DNA of 64,000 nucleotides, taken from positions 1 to 64,000 of the forward strand of contig JBHGNT010000102.1 in NCBI GenBank assembly GCA_043228905.1. The letters are read 5' to 3'. The stretch comes from Azolla caroliniana. Its lineage: Eukaryota > Plantae > Polypodiophyta. Below are positions 12,551 through 26,820 of the stretch, one piece after another. The translations under genes and the position numbers were made by a program. The notes below the pieces were generated by a model that ran no database searches, was not told the origin of the DNA, and saw only the letters and a list, made by a program, of their open reading frames with translations. How positions within the stretch are numbered: position 1 is the first letter of the stretch; each line of letters opens with the position of its first letter.

Positions 12551-15124
12551 GTTTGATCACAAAAATCCATTATCACACGAGCCAGGTATGAACATTTTAA
12601 TTTCGTCACGGGCTCTTCTCAAGTCCCTCCTCAAATTTGCTAATTTCTTCATGTCTCTCGACCTGAGTTTCAAAATCTTGATTTTTTAATTCCATACGAT
12701 AGCTAGCGTTGTTAGCTTCGATTCGCATCTTTGAACACAAAAATCCGATATCACACGAGCCAGGTATGACCATTTTAATTTACTCACGGGCTCTTCTCAA
12801 GTCCCTCCTCAAATTGGCTAATTCCTTCATGTCTCTCGACCTGAGTTTCAAAATCTTGATTTTTTAATTCCATAGGATAGCTAGGGTTGTGAGCTTCGAT
12901 TTGCATGTTTGATCACAAAAATCCATTATCACACGAGCTAGGTATGACCATTTTAATTTACTCACGGGCTCTTGTCAACTCCTTCCTCAAATTTGCTAAT
13001 TTCTTCATGTCTCTTGACTTGAGTTTCAAAGTCTTGATTTCTTAATTCCATGTCATAGCTACGGTTGTGAGCTTCGATTCGCATGTTTGAACACAAAAAT
13101 CCGATATCACACGAGCCAGGTATGACCACTTTAATTTACTCACAGGCTCTTCTCAAGTCCCTCCTCAAATTGGCTAATTCCTTCATGTCTCTCGACCTGA
13201 GTTTCAAAATCTTGATTTTTTAATTCCATAAGATAGCTAGGGTTGTGAGCTTCGATTTGCATGTTTGATCACAAAAATCCATTATCACACGAGCCAGGTA
13301 TGAACATTTTAATTTACTCACGGGCTCTTTTCAACTCCCTCCTCAAATTTGCTAATTTCTTCATGTCTCTTGACCGGAGTTTCAAAATCTTGATTTTTTA
13401 ATTCCATGTCATAGCTAGGGTTGTGAGCTTCGATTCGCATGTTTGAACACAAAAATCCGATATCACACGAGCCAGGTATGACCATTTTAATTTACTCACG
13501 GGCTCTTGTCAACGCCCTCCTCAAATTTGCTAATTTCTTCAGGTCTCTCGACCTGAGTTTCCAAATCTTGATTTTTAAATTCAATAAGATAGCTAGCTTT
13601 GTTAGCTTCGATTTGCATGTTTGATCACGAAAATCCATTATCACACGAGCCAGGTATGAACATTTTAATTTCGTCACGGGCTCTTCTCAAGTCCCTCCTC
13701 AAATTTGCTAATTTCTTCATGTCTCTCGACCTGAGTTTCAAAATCTTGATTTTTTAATTCCATACGATAGCTAGCGTTGTTAGCTTCGATTCGCATCTTT
13801 GAACACAAAAATCCGATATCACACAAGCCAGGTATGACCATTTTAATTTACTCACGGGCTCTTGTCAACGCCCTCCTCAAATTTGCTAATTTCTTCATGT
13901 CTCTCGACCTGAGTTTCCAAATCTTGATTTTTAAATTCAATAAGATAGCTAGCTTTGTTAGCTTCGATTTGCATGTTTGATCACAAAAATCCATTATCAC
14001 ACGAGCCAGGTATGACCATTTTAATTTACTCACGGGCTCTTGTCAACTCCCTCCTCAAATTTGCTAATTTCTTCATGTCTCTTGACTTGAGTTTCAAAGT
14101 CTTGATTTCTTAATTCCATGTCATAGCTACGGTTGTGAGCTTCGATTCGCATGTTTGAACACAAAAATCCGATATCACACGAGCCAGGTATGACCACTTT
14201 AATTTACTCACAGGCTCTTCTCAAGTCCCTCCTCAAATTGGCTAATTCCTTCATGTCTCTCGACCTGAGTTTCAAAATCTTGATTTTTTAATTCCATAAG
14301 ATAGCTAGGGTTGTGAGCTTCGATTTGCATGTTTGATCACAAAAATCCATTATCACACGAGCCAGGTATGAACATTTTAATTTACTCACGGGCTCTTTTC
14401 AACTCCCTCCTCAAATTTGCTAATTTCTTCATGTCTCTTGACCTGAGTTTCAAAATCTTGATTTTTTAATTCCATGTCATAGCTAGGGTTGTGAGCTTCG
14501 ATTCGCATGTTTGAACACAAAAATCCGATATCACACGAGCCAGGTATGACCATTTTAATTTACTCACGGGCTCTTGTCAAAGCCCTCCTCAAATTTGCTA
14601 ATTTCTTCATGTCTCTCGGCCTGAGTTTCCAAATCTTGATTTTTAAATTCAATAAGATAGCTAGCTTTGTTAGCTTCGATTCGCATCTTTGAACACAAAA
14701 ATCCGATATCACACGAGCCAGGTATGACCATTTTAATTTACTCACGGGCTCTTCTCAAGTCCCTCCTCAAATTGGCTAATTCCTTCATGTCTCTCGACCT
14801 GAGTTTCAAAATCTTGATTTTTTAATTCCATAGGATAGCTAGGGTTGTGAGCTTCGATTTGCATGTTTGATCACAAAAATCCATTATCACACGAGCCAGG
14901 TATGACCATTTTAATTTACTCACGGGCTCTTGTGAACTCCCTCCTCAAATTTGCTAATTTCTTCATGTCTCTCGACTTGAGTTTCAAAGTCTTGATTTCT
15001 TAATTCCATGTCATAGCTACGGTTGTGAGCTTCGATTCGCAAGTTTGAACACAAAAATCCGATATCACACGAGCCAGGTATGACCACTTTAATTTACTCA
15101 CAGGCTCTTCTCAAGTCCCTCCTC

Positions 15125-15574
15125 GTCACACGAGCCAGGTATGAACATTTTAATTTACTCACGGGCTCTTCTCAACTCCCTACTCAAATTTGCTAATTTC
15201 TTCATAGTCTCTCGACCTGATTCAAAATCTTGATTTTTTAATTGAATATTATAGCTAGCATTGTTAGCTTCGATACACATGTTTGAACACAGAAATCCGT
15301 TATCACACGAGCCAGGTATGAACATTTTAATTTACTCACAGGCTCTTCTCAACTCCATCCTCAAATTTGCTAATTTCTTCATGTCTCTCGACCTGAGTTT
15401 CAAAATCTTGATTTTTTAATTCTATAGCATAGCTAGCATTGTTAGCTTCGATACACATGTTTGAACACAGAAATCCGTTATCACACGAGCCAGGTATGAA
15501 CATTTTAATTTACTCACAGGCTCTTCTCAACTCCCTCCTCAATTTTTCTAATTTCTTCATGTCTCTCTACCTGA
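15125..15574 (+). repeat. ~450-bp diverged C-like stub (~2.5 monomers) between the B/C junction and the inversion breakpoint
   Basis: Carries C-type GCATTG, CAGAAATCCGTT, CACAGG and CAATTTTTCT, plus private changes (TTCATAGTCT +1, CCTGATTC -2, ATTGAATATT, CTATAGCAT). Confidence 0.85.
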
Positions 15575-17040
15575 AGCAAATTTGAGGAGGGAGTTGAGAA
15601 GAGCCTGTGAGTAAATTAAAATGTTCATACCTCGCTCGTGTGATATCGGATTTTTGTGTTCAAACATGCGTATCGAAGCTAACAATGCTAGCTATGATAT
15701 GGAATTTAAAAATCAAGATTTTGAAATTCAGGTCGAGAGACATGAAGAAATTAGCAAATTTGAGGAGGGAGTTGAGAAGAGCCTGTGAGTAAATTAAAAT
15801 GTTCATACCTGGCTCGTGTGATAACGGATTTTTGTGTTCAAACATGCGTATCGAAGCTAACAATGTTAGCTATGATATAGAATTAAAAAATCAAGATTTT
15901 GAAACTCAGGTCGAGAGACATGAAGAAATTAGCAAATTTGAGGAGGGAGTTGAGAAGAGCCTGTGAGTAAATGAAAATGTTCATACCAGGCTCGGGTGAT
16001 ATCGGATTTTTGTGTTCAAACATGGATAACGAAGCTAACAATGCTAGCTATGATATGGACTTAAAAAATCAAGATTTTGAAACTCAGGTCGAGAGACATG
16101 AAGAAATTAGCAAATTTGAGGAGGGAGTTGAGAAGAGCCCGTGGGTAAATTAAAATGGTCATACCTGGCTCGTGTGATATCGGATTTCTGTGTTGAAACA
16201 TGCGTATCGAAGCTAACAATGCTAGCTATGATATGGAATTAAAAAAACAAGATTTTGAAACTCAGGTCGAGAGACATGAAGAAATTAGCATATTTGAGGA
16301 GGGAGTTGAGAAGAGCCTGTGAGTAAATTAAAATGTTTATACCAGGCTCGTGTGATAACGGATTTCTGTGTTCAAATCTGAGTATCGAAGCTAACCATGC
16401 TAGCTATGATATAGAATTAAAAAATCAAGATTTTGAAACTCAGGTCGAGAGACATGAAGAAATTAGCAAATTTGAGGAGGGAGTTGAGAAGAGCCTGTGA
16501 GTAAATTAAAATGTTCATACCTCGCTCGTGTGATATCGGATTTTTGTGTTCAAACATGCGTATCGAAGCTAACAATGCTAGCTATGATATGGAATTTAAA
16601 AATCAAGATTTTGAAATTCAGGTCGAGAGACATGAAGAAATTAGCAAATTTGAGGAGGGAGTTGAGAAGAGCCTGTGAGTAAATTAAAATGTTCATACCT
16701 GGCTCGTGTGATAACGGATTTTTGTGTTCAAACATGCGTATCGAAGCTAACAATGTTAGCTATGATATAGAATTAAAAAATCAAGATTTTGAAACTCAGG
16801 TCGAGAGACATGAAGAAATTAGCAAATTTGAGGAGGGAGTTGAGAAGAGCATGTGAGTAAATGAAAATGTTCATACCAGGCTCGGGTGATATCGGATTTT
16901 TGTGTTCAAACATGGATAACGAAGCTAACAATGCTAGCTATGATATGGACTTAAAAAATCAAGATTTTGAAACTCAGGTCGAGAGACATGAAGAAATTAG
17001 CAAATTTGAGGAGGGAGTTGAGAAGAGCCCGTGGGTAAAT
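15575..17040 (-). repeat. 890-bp 5-mer HOR, ~1.6 copies
   Basis: Offsets 15607/16497 and 15971/16861 equal 890. Confidence 0.8.
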
Positions 17041-17199
17041 TAAAATGTTCATACCAGGCTCGTGTGATATCGGATTTCTGTGTTGAAACATGCGTATCGA
17101 AGCTAACAATGCTAGCTATGTTATGGAATTAGGAAATCAAGATTTTGAAACTCAGGTCGAGAGACATGAAGAAATTAGCAAATTTGAGGAGGGACTTGA

Positions 17200-20100
17200 G
17201 AAGAGCCCGTGAGTAAATGAAAATGTTCATACCATGCTCGTGTGATATCGGATTTCTGTGTTCAAACATGCGTATCGAAGCTAACAATGCTAGCTATGTT
17301 ATGGAATTAGGAAATCAAGATTTTGAAACTCAGGTCGAGAGACATGAAGGAATTAGCAAATTTGAGGAGGGACTTGAGAAGAGCCCGTGAGTAAATGAAA
17401 ATGTTCATACCAGGCTCGTGTGATATCGGATTTTTGTGTTCAAACATGCGTATCGAAGATAACAATGCTAGCTATGACATGGAATTAAAAAATCAAGATT
17501 TTGAAATTCAGGTCGAGAGACATGAAGAAATTAGCAAATTTGAGGAGGGAGTTGAAAAGAGCCCGTGGGTAAATTAAAATGGTCATACCTGGCTCGTGTG
17601 ATATCGGATTTCTGTGTTGAAACATGGATATCGAAGCTAACAATGCTAGCTATGATATGGAATTAAAAAAACAAGATTTTCAAACTCAGGTCGAGAGACA
17701 TGAAGAAATTAGCAAATTTGAGGAGGGAGTTGAGAAGAGCCTGTGAGTAAATTAAAATGTTTATACCAGGCTCGTGTGATAACGGATTTCTGTGTTCAAA
17801 CATGTGTATCGAAGCTAACAATGCTAGCTATGATATAGAATTAAAAAATCAAGATTTTGAAATTCAGGTCGAGAGACATGAAGAAATTAGCAAATTTGAG
17901 GAGGGAGTTGAGAAGAGCCCGTGAGTAAATTAAAATGGTCATACCTGGCTCGTGTTATATCGGATTTTTGTGTTAAAACATGCGAATCGAAGCTAACAAA
18001 GCTAGCTATGATAGGGAATTAAAAAATCAAGATTTTGAAACTCAGGTCGAGAGACATGAAGAAATTAGCAAATTTGAGGAGGGAGTTGAGAAGAGCCTGT
18101 GAGTAAATTAAAATGTTCATACCTCGCTCGTATGATATCGGATTTTTGTGTTCAAACATGCGTATCGAAGCTAACAATGCTAGCTATGATATGGAATCTA
18201 AAAATCAAGATTTTGAAATTCAGGTCGAGAGACATGAAGAAATTAGCAAATTTGAGGAGGGAGTTGAGAAGAGCCCGTGGGTAAATTAAAATGGTCATAC
18301 CTGGCTCGTGTGATATCGGATTTCTGTGTTGAAACATGCGTATCGAAGCTAACAATGCTAGCTATGATATGGAATTAAAAAAACAAGATTTTGAAACTCA
18401 GGTCGAGAGACATGAAGAAATTAGCATATTTGAGGAGGGAGTTGAGAAGAGCCTGTGAGTAAATTAAAATGTTAATACCAGGCTCGTGTGATAACGGATT
18501 TCTGTGTTAAAACATGCGAATCGAAGCTAACAAAGCTAGCTATGAGATGGAATTAAAAAATCAAGATTTTGAAACTCAGGTCGAGAGACATGAAAAAATT
18601 AGCAAATTTGAGGAGGGACTTGAGAAGAGCCCGTGAGTAAATGAAAATGTTCATACCAGGCTCGTGTGATATCGGATTTCTGTGTTCAAACATGCGTATC
18701 GAAGCTAACAATGCTAGCTATGATATGGAATTAAGAAATCAAGATTTTGAAACTCAGGTCGAGAGACATGAAGAAATTAGCAAATTTGAGGAGGGACTTG
18801 AGAAGAGCCCGTGAGTAAATGAAAATGTTCATACCATGCTCGTGTGATATCGGATTTCTGTGTTCAAACATGCGTATCGAAGCTAACAATGCTAGCTATG
18901 TTATGGAATTAAGAAATCAAGATTTTGAAACTCAGGTCGAGAGACATGAAGGAATTAGCAAATTTGAGGAGGGACTTGAGAAGAGCCCGTGAGTAAATGA
19001 AAATGTTCATACCAGGCTCGTGTGATATCGGATTTTTGTGTTCAAACATGCGTATCGAAGATAACAATGCTAGCTATGACATGGAATTAAAAAATCAAGA
19101 TTTTGAAATTCAGGTCGAGAGACATGAAGAAATTAGCAAATTTGAGGAGGGAGTTGAAAAGAGCCCGTGGGTAAATTAAAATGGTCATACCTGGCTCGTG
19201 TGATATCGGATTTCTGTGTTGAAACATGGATATCGAAGCTAACAATGCTAGCTATGATATGGAATTAAAAAAACAAGATTTTCAAACTCAGGTCGAGAGA
19301 CATGAAGAAATTAGCAAATTTGAGGAGGGAGTTGAGAAGAGCCTGTGAGTAAATTAAAATGTTTATACCAGGCTCGTGTGATAACGGATTTCTGTGTTCA
19401 AACATGTGTATCGAAGCTAACAATGCTAGCTATGATATAGAATTAAAAAATCAAGATTTTGAAATTCAGGTCGAGAGACATGAAGAAATTAGCAAATTTG
19501 AGGAGGGAGTTGAGAAGAGCCCGTGAGTAAATTAAAATGGTCATACCTGGCTCGTGTTATATCGGATTTTTGTGTTAAAACATGCGAATCGAAGCTAACA
19601 AAGCTAGCTATGATATGGAATTAAAAAATCAAGATTTTGAAACTCAGGTCGAGAGACATGAAGAAATTAGCAAATTTGAGGAGGGAGTTGAGAAGAGCCT
19701 GTGAGTAAATTAAAATGTTCATACCTCGCTCGTATGATATCGGATTTTTGTGTTCAAACATGCGTATCGAAGCTAACAATGCTAGCTATGATATGGAATC
19801 TAAAAATCAAGATTTTGAAATTCAGGTCGAGAGACATGAAGAAATTAGCAAATTTGAGGAGGGAGTTGAGAAGAGCCCGTGGGTAAATTAAAATGGTCAT
19901 ACCTGGCTCGTGTGATATCGGATTTCTGTGTTGAAACATGCGTATCGAAGCTAACAATGCTAGCTATGATATGGAATTAAAAAAACAAGATTTTGAAACT
20001 CAGGTCGAGAGACATGAAGAAATTAGCATATTTGAGGAGGGAGTTGAGAAGAGCCTGTGAGTAAATTAAAATGTTAATACCAGGCTCGTGTGATAACGGA

Positions 20101-22400
20101 TTTCTGTGTTAAAACATGCGAATCGAAGCTAACAAAGCTAGCTATGAGATGGAATTAAAAAATCAAGATTTTGAAACTCAGGTCGAGAGACATGAAAAAA
20201 TTAGCAAATTTGAGGAGGGACTTGAGAAGAGCCCGTGAGTAAATGAAAATGTTCATACCAGGCTCGTGTGATATCGGATTTCTGTGTTCAAACATGCGTA
20301 TCGAAGCTAACAATGCTAGCTATGATATGGAATTAAGAAATCAAGATTTTGAAACTCAGGTCGAGAGACATGAAGAAATTAGCAAATTTGAGGAGGGACT
20401 TGAGAAGAGCCCGTGAGTAAATGAAAATGTTCATACCATGCTCGTGTGATATCGGATTTCTGTGTTCAAACATGCGTATCGAAGCTAACAATGCTAGCTA
20501 TGTTATGGAATTAGGAAATCAAGATTTTGAAACTCAGGTCGAGAGACATGAAGGAATTAGCAAATTTGAGGAGGGACTTGAGAAGAGCCCGTGAGTAAAT
20601 GAAAATGTTCATACCAGGCTCGTGTGATATCGGATTTTTGTGTTCAAACATGCGTATCGAAGATAACAATGCTAGCTATGACATGGAATTAAAAAATCAA
20701 GATTTTGAAATTCAGGTCGAGAGACATGAAGAAATTAGCAAATTTGAGGAGGGAGTTGAAAAGAGCCCGTGGGTAAATTAAAATGGTCATACCTGGCTCG
20801 TGTGATATCGGATTTCTGTGTTGAAACATGGATATCGAAGCTAACAATGCTAGCTATGATATGGAATTAAAAAAACAAGATTTTCAAACTCAGGTCGAGA
20901 GACATGAAGAAATTAGCAAATTTGAGGAGGGAGTTGAGAAGAGCCTGTGAGTAAATTAAAATGTTTATACCAGGCTCGTGTGATAACGGATTTCTGTGTT
21001 CAAACATGTGTATCGAAGCTAACAATGCTAGCTATGATATAGAATTAAAAAATCAAGATTTTGAAATTCAGGTCGAGAGACATGAAGAAATTAGCAAATT
21101 TGAGGAGGGAGTTGAGAAGAGCCCGTGAGTAAATTAAAATGGTCATACCTGGCTCGTGTTATATCGGATTTTTGTGTTAAAACATGCGAATCGAAGCTAA
21201 CAAAGCTAGCTATGATATGGAATTAAAAAATCAAGATTTTGAAACTCAGGTCGAGAGACATGAAGAAATTAGCAAATTTGAGGAGGGAGTTGAGAAGAGC
21301 CTGTGAGTAAATTAAAATGTTCATACCTCGCTCGTATGATATCGGATTTTTGTGTTCAAACATGCGTATCGAAGCTAACAATGCTAGCTATGATATGGAA
21401 TCTAAAAATCAAGATTTTGAAATTCAGGTCGAGAGACATGAAGAAATTAGCAAATTTGAGGAGGGAGTTGAGAAGAGCCCGTGGGTAAATTAAAATGGTC
21501 ATACCTGGCTCGTGTGATATCGGATTTCTGTGTTGAAACATGCGTATCGAAGCTAACAATGCTAGCTATGATATGGAATTAAAAAAACAAGATTTTGAAA
21601 CTCAGGTCGAGAGACATGAAGAAATTAGCATATTTGAGGAGGGAGTTGAGAAGAGCCTGTGAGTAAATTAAAATGTTTATACCAGGCTCGTGTGATAACG
21701 GATTTCTGTGTTAAAACATGCGAATCGAAGCTAACAAAGCTAGCTATGATATGGAATTAAAAAATCAAGATTTTGAAACTCAGGTCGAGAGACATGAAAA
21801 AATTAGCAAATTTAAGGAGGGACTTGAGAAGAGCCCGTGAGTAAATGAAAATGTTCATACCAGGCTCGTGTGATATCGGATTTCTGTGTTCAAACATGCG
21901 TATCGAAGCTAACAATGCTAGCTATGTTATGGAATTAAGAAATCAAGATTTTGAAACTCAGGTCGAGAGACATGAAGAAATTAGCAAATTTGAGGAGGGA
22001 CTTGAGAAGAGCCCGTGAGTAAATGAAAATGTTCATACCATGCTCGTGTGATATCGGATTTCTGTGTTCAAACATGCGTATCGAAGCTAACAATGCTAGC
22101 TATGTTATGGAATTAGGAAATCAAGATTTTGAAACTCAGGTCGAGAGACATGAAGGAATTAGCAAATTTGAGGAGGGACTTGAGAAGAGCCCGTGAGTAA
22201 ATGAAAATGTTCATACCAGGCTCGTGTGATATCGGATTTTTGTGTTCAAACATGCGTATCGAAGATAACAATGCTAGCTATGACATGGAATTAAAAAATC
22301 AAGATTTTGAAATTCAGGTCGAGAGACATGAAGAAATTAGCAAATTTGAGGAGGGAGTTGAGAAGAGCCCGTGGGTAAATTAAAATGGTCATACCTGGCT
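17200..22400 (-). repeat. 1602-bp 9-mer HOR, ~3.2 near-identical tandem copies; a further copy at ~25560-27350
   Basis: Offsets 17395/18997/20599/22201 and 18099/19701/21303 equal 1602. ACCATG is at 17231, 18833, 20435 and 22037, and the same ORF types recur at 25761 and 26465. Confidence 0.92.
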
Positions 22401-25400
22401 CGTGTGATATCGGATTTTTGTGTTAAAACATGCGAATCGAAGCTAACAAAGCTAGCTATGATATGGAATTAAAAAATCAAGATTTTGAAACTCAGGTCGA
22501 GAGACATGAAGAAATTAGCAAATTTGAGGAGGGAGTTGAGAAGAGCCTGTGAGTAAATTAAAATGTTCATACCTCGCTCGTATGATATCGGATTTTTGTG
22601 TTCAAACATGCGTATCGAAGCTAACAATGCTAGCTATGATATGGAATCTAAAAATCAAGATTTTGAAATTCAGGTCGAGAGACATGAAGAAATTAGCAAA
22701 TTTGAGGAGGGAGTTGAGAAGAGCCTGTGAGTAAATTAAAATGTTCATACCTGGCTCGTGTGATAACGGATTTTTGTGTTCAAACATGCGTATCGAAGCT
22801 AACAATGTTAGCTATGATATAGAATTAAAAAATCAAGATTTTGAAACTCAGGTCGAGAGACATGAAGAAATTAGCAAATTTGAGGAGGGAGTTGAGAAGA
22901 GCCTGTGAGTAAATTAAAATGTTCATACCAGGCTCGGGTGATATCGGATTTTTGTGTTCAAACATGGATAACGAAGCTAACGATGCTAGCTATAATATGG
23001 ACTTAAAAAATCAAGATTTTGAAACTCAGGTCGAGAGACATGAAGAAATTAGCAAATTTGAGGAGGGAGTTGAGAAGAGCCCGTGGGTAAATTAAAATGG
23101 TCATACCTGGCTCGTGTGATATCGGATTTTTGTGTTGAAACATGCGTATCGAAGCTAACAATGCTAGCTATGATATGGAATTAAAAAATCAAGATTTTGA
23201 AACTCAGGTCGAGAGACATGAAGAAATTAGCATATTTGAGGAGGGAGTTGAGAAGAGCCTGTGAGTAAATTAAAATGTTTATACCAGGCTCGTGTGATAA
23301 CGGATTTCTGTGTTCAAACATGCGTATCGAAGCTAACAATGCTAGCTATGATATAGAATTAAAAAATCAAGATTTTGAAACTCAGGTCGAGAGACATGAA
23401 AAAATTAGCAAATTTGAGGAGGGACTTGAGAAGAGCCCGTGAGTAAATGAAAATGTTCATACCAGGCTCGTGTGATATCGCATTTCTGTGTTCAAACATG
23501 CGTATCGAAGCTAACAATGCTAGCTATGTTATGGAATTAAGAAATCAAGATACAGAAACTGAGGTCGAGAGACATGAAGAAATTAGCAAATTTGAGGAGG
23601 GAGTTGAGAAGAGCCCGTGAGTAAATGAAAATGTTCATACCTGGCTCGTGTGATAACGGATTTCTGTGTTCAAACATGGATATCGAAGCTACCAATGCTA
23701 GCTATGATATGGACTTAAAAAATCAAGATTTTGAAACTCAGGTCGAGAGACATGAAGAAATTAGCAAATTTGAGAAGGGAGTTGAGAAGAGCCCGTGAGT
23801 AAATTAAAATGGTCATACCTGGCTCGTGTTATATCGGATTTTTGTGTTAAAACATGCGAATCGAAGCTAACAAAGCTAGCTATGATATGGAATTAAAAAA
23901 TCAAGATTTTGAAACTCAGGTCGAGAGACATGAAGAAATTAGCAAATTTGAGGAGGGAGTTGAAAAGAGCCTGTGAGTAAATTAAAATGTTCATACCTCG
24001 CTCGTGTGATATCGGATTTTTGTGTTCAAACATGCGTATCGAAGCTAACAATGCTAGCTATGATATGGAATTTAAAAATCAAGATTTTGAAATTCAGGTC
24101 GAGAGACATGAAGAAATTAGCAAATTTGAGGAGGGAGTTGAGAAGAACCTGTGAGTAAATTAAAATGTTCATACCAGGCTCGTGTGATAACGGATTTTTG
24201 TGTTCAAACATGCGTATCGAAGCTAACAATGTTAGCTATGATATAGAATTAAAAAATCAAGATTTTGAAACTCAGGTCGAGAGACATGAAGAAATTAGCA
24301 AATTTGAGGAGGGAGTTGAGAAGAGCCTGTGAGTAAATGAAAATGTTCATACCAGGCTCGGGTGATATCGGATTTTTGTGTTCAAACATGGATAACGAAG
24401 ATAACAATGCTAGCTATGATATGGACTTAAAAAATCAAGATTTTGAAACTCAGGTCGAGAGACATGAAGAAATTAGCAAATTTGAGGAGGGAGTTGAGAA
24501 GAGCCCGTGGGTAAATGAAAATGGTCATACCTGGCTCGTGTGATATCGGATTTCTGTGTTGAAACATGCGTATCGAAGCTAACAATGCTAGCTATGATAT
24601 GGAATTAAAAAAACAAGATTTGGAAACTCAGGTCGAGAGACATGAAGAAATTAGCATATTTGAGGAGGGAGTTGAGAAGAGCCCGTGAGTAAATGAAAAT
24701 GTTCATACCAGGCTCGTGTGATATCGGATTTTTGTGTTCAAACATGCGTATCGAAGCTAACAATGCTAGCTATGATATAGAATTAAAAAATCAAGATTTT
24801 GAAACTCAGGTCGAGAGACATGAAAAAATTAGCAAATTTGAGGAGGGACTTGAGAAGAGCCCGTGAGTAAATGAAAATGTTCATACCAGGCTCGTGTGAT
24901 ATCGGATTTCTGTGTTCAAACATGCGTATCGAAGCTAACAATGCTAGCTATAATATGGAATTAAAAAATCAAGATTTTGAAATTCAGGTCGAGAGACATG
25001 AAGAAATTAGCAAATTTGAGGAGGGAGTTGAGAAGAGCCCGTGAGTAAATTAAAATGTTCATACCTGGCTCGTGTGATAACAGATTTCTGTGTTCAAACA
25101 TGGATATCGAAGCTAACAATGCTAGCTATGATATGGACTTAAAAAATCAAGATTTTGAAACTCAGGTCGAGAGACATGAAGAAATTACCAAATTTGAGAA
25201 GGGAGTTGAGAAGAGCCCGTGAGTAAATTAAAATGGTCATACCTGGCTCGTGTTATATCGGATTTTTGTGTTAAAACATGCGAATCGAAGCTAACAAAGC
25301 TAGCTATGATATGGAATTAAAAAATCAAGATTTTGAAACTCAGGTCGATAGACATGAAAAAATTAGCAAATTTGAGGAGGGACTTGAGAAGAGCCCGTGA

Positions 25401-26820
25401 GTAAATGAAAATGTTCATACCAGGCTCGTGTGATATCGGATTTCTGTGTTCAAACATGCGTATCGAAGCTAACAATGCTAGCTATGTTATAGAATTAAGA
25501 AATCAAGATTTTGAAACTCAGGTCGAGAGACATGAACAAATTAGCAAATTTGAGGAGGGACTTGAGAAGAGCCCGTGAGTAAATGAAAATGTTCATACCA
25601 GGCTCGTGTGATATCGGATTTCTGTGTTCAAACATGCGTATCGAAGCTAACAATGCTAGCTATGTTATGGAATTAGGAAATCAAGATTTTGAAACCCAGG
25701 TCGAGAGACATGAAGGAATTAGCAAATTTGAGGAGGGACTTGAGAAGAGCCCGTGAGTAAATGAAAATGTTCATACCAGGCTCGTGTGATATCGGATTTT
25801 TGTGTTCAAACATGCGTATCGAAGATAACAATGCTAGCTATGACATGGAATTAAAAAATCAAGATTTTGAAATTCAGGTCGAGAGACATGAAGAAATTAG
25901 CAAATTTGAGGAGGGAGTTGAGAAGAGCCCGTGGGTAAATTAAAATGGTCATACCTGGCTCGTGTGATATCGGATTTCTGTGTTGAAACATGGATATCGA
26001 AGTTAACAATGCTAGCTATGATATGGAATTAAAAAAACAAGATTTTCAAACTCAGGTCGAGAGACATGAAGAAATTAGCAAATTTGAGGAGGGAGTTGAG
26101 AAGAGCCTGTGAGTAAATTAAAATGTTTATACCAGGCTCGTGTGATAACGGATTTCTGTGTTCAAACATGTGTATCGAAGCTAACAATGCTAGCTATGAT
26201 ATAGAATTAAAAAATCAAGATTTTGAAATTCAGGTCGAGAGACATGAAGAAATTAGCAAATTTGAGGAGGGAGTTGAGAAGAGCCCGTGAGTAAATTAAA
26301 ATGGTCATACCTGGCTCGTGTTATATCGGATTTTTGTGTTAAAACATGCGAATCGAAGCTAACAAAGCTAGCTATGATATGGAATTAAAAAATCAAGATT
26401 TTGAAACTCAGGTCGAGAGACATGAAGAAATTAGCAAATTTGAGGAGGGAGTTGAGAAGAGCCTGTGAGTAAATTAAAATGTTCATACCTCGCTCGTATG
26501 ATATCGGATTTTTGTGTTCAAACATGCGTATCGAAGCTAACAATGCTAGCTATGATATGGAATCTAAAAATCAAGATTTTGAAATTCAGGTCGAGAGACA
26601 TGAAGAAATTAGCAAATTTGAGGAGGGAGTTGAGAAGAGCCCGTGGGTAAATTAAAATGGTCATACCTGGCTCGTGTGATATCGGATTTCTGTGTTGAAA
26701 CATGCGTATCGAAGCTAACAATGCTAGCTATGATATGGAATTAAAAAAACAAGATTTTGAAACTCAGGTCGAGAGACATGAAGAAATTAGCATATTTGAG
26801 GAGGGAGTTGAGAAGAGCCT

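Larger units (their letters stand above)
6831..15124 (+). repeat. Satellite subfamily B (~47 monomers)
   Basis: Diagnostic variants CTCTTGTCAACGCC, AAATTGGCTAATTCC, TTCAATAAGATAGC, CTAGGGTTGTGAG, TTTGATCAC, CCATTATC and TGACCATT are largely absent from A and C. Confidence 0.9.
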
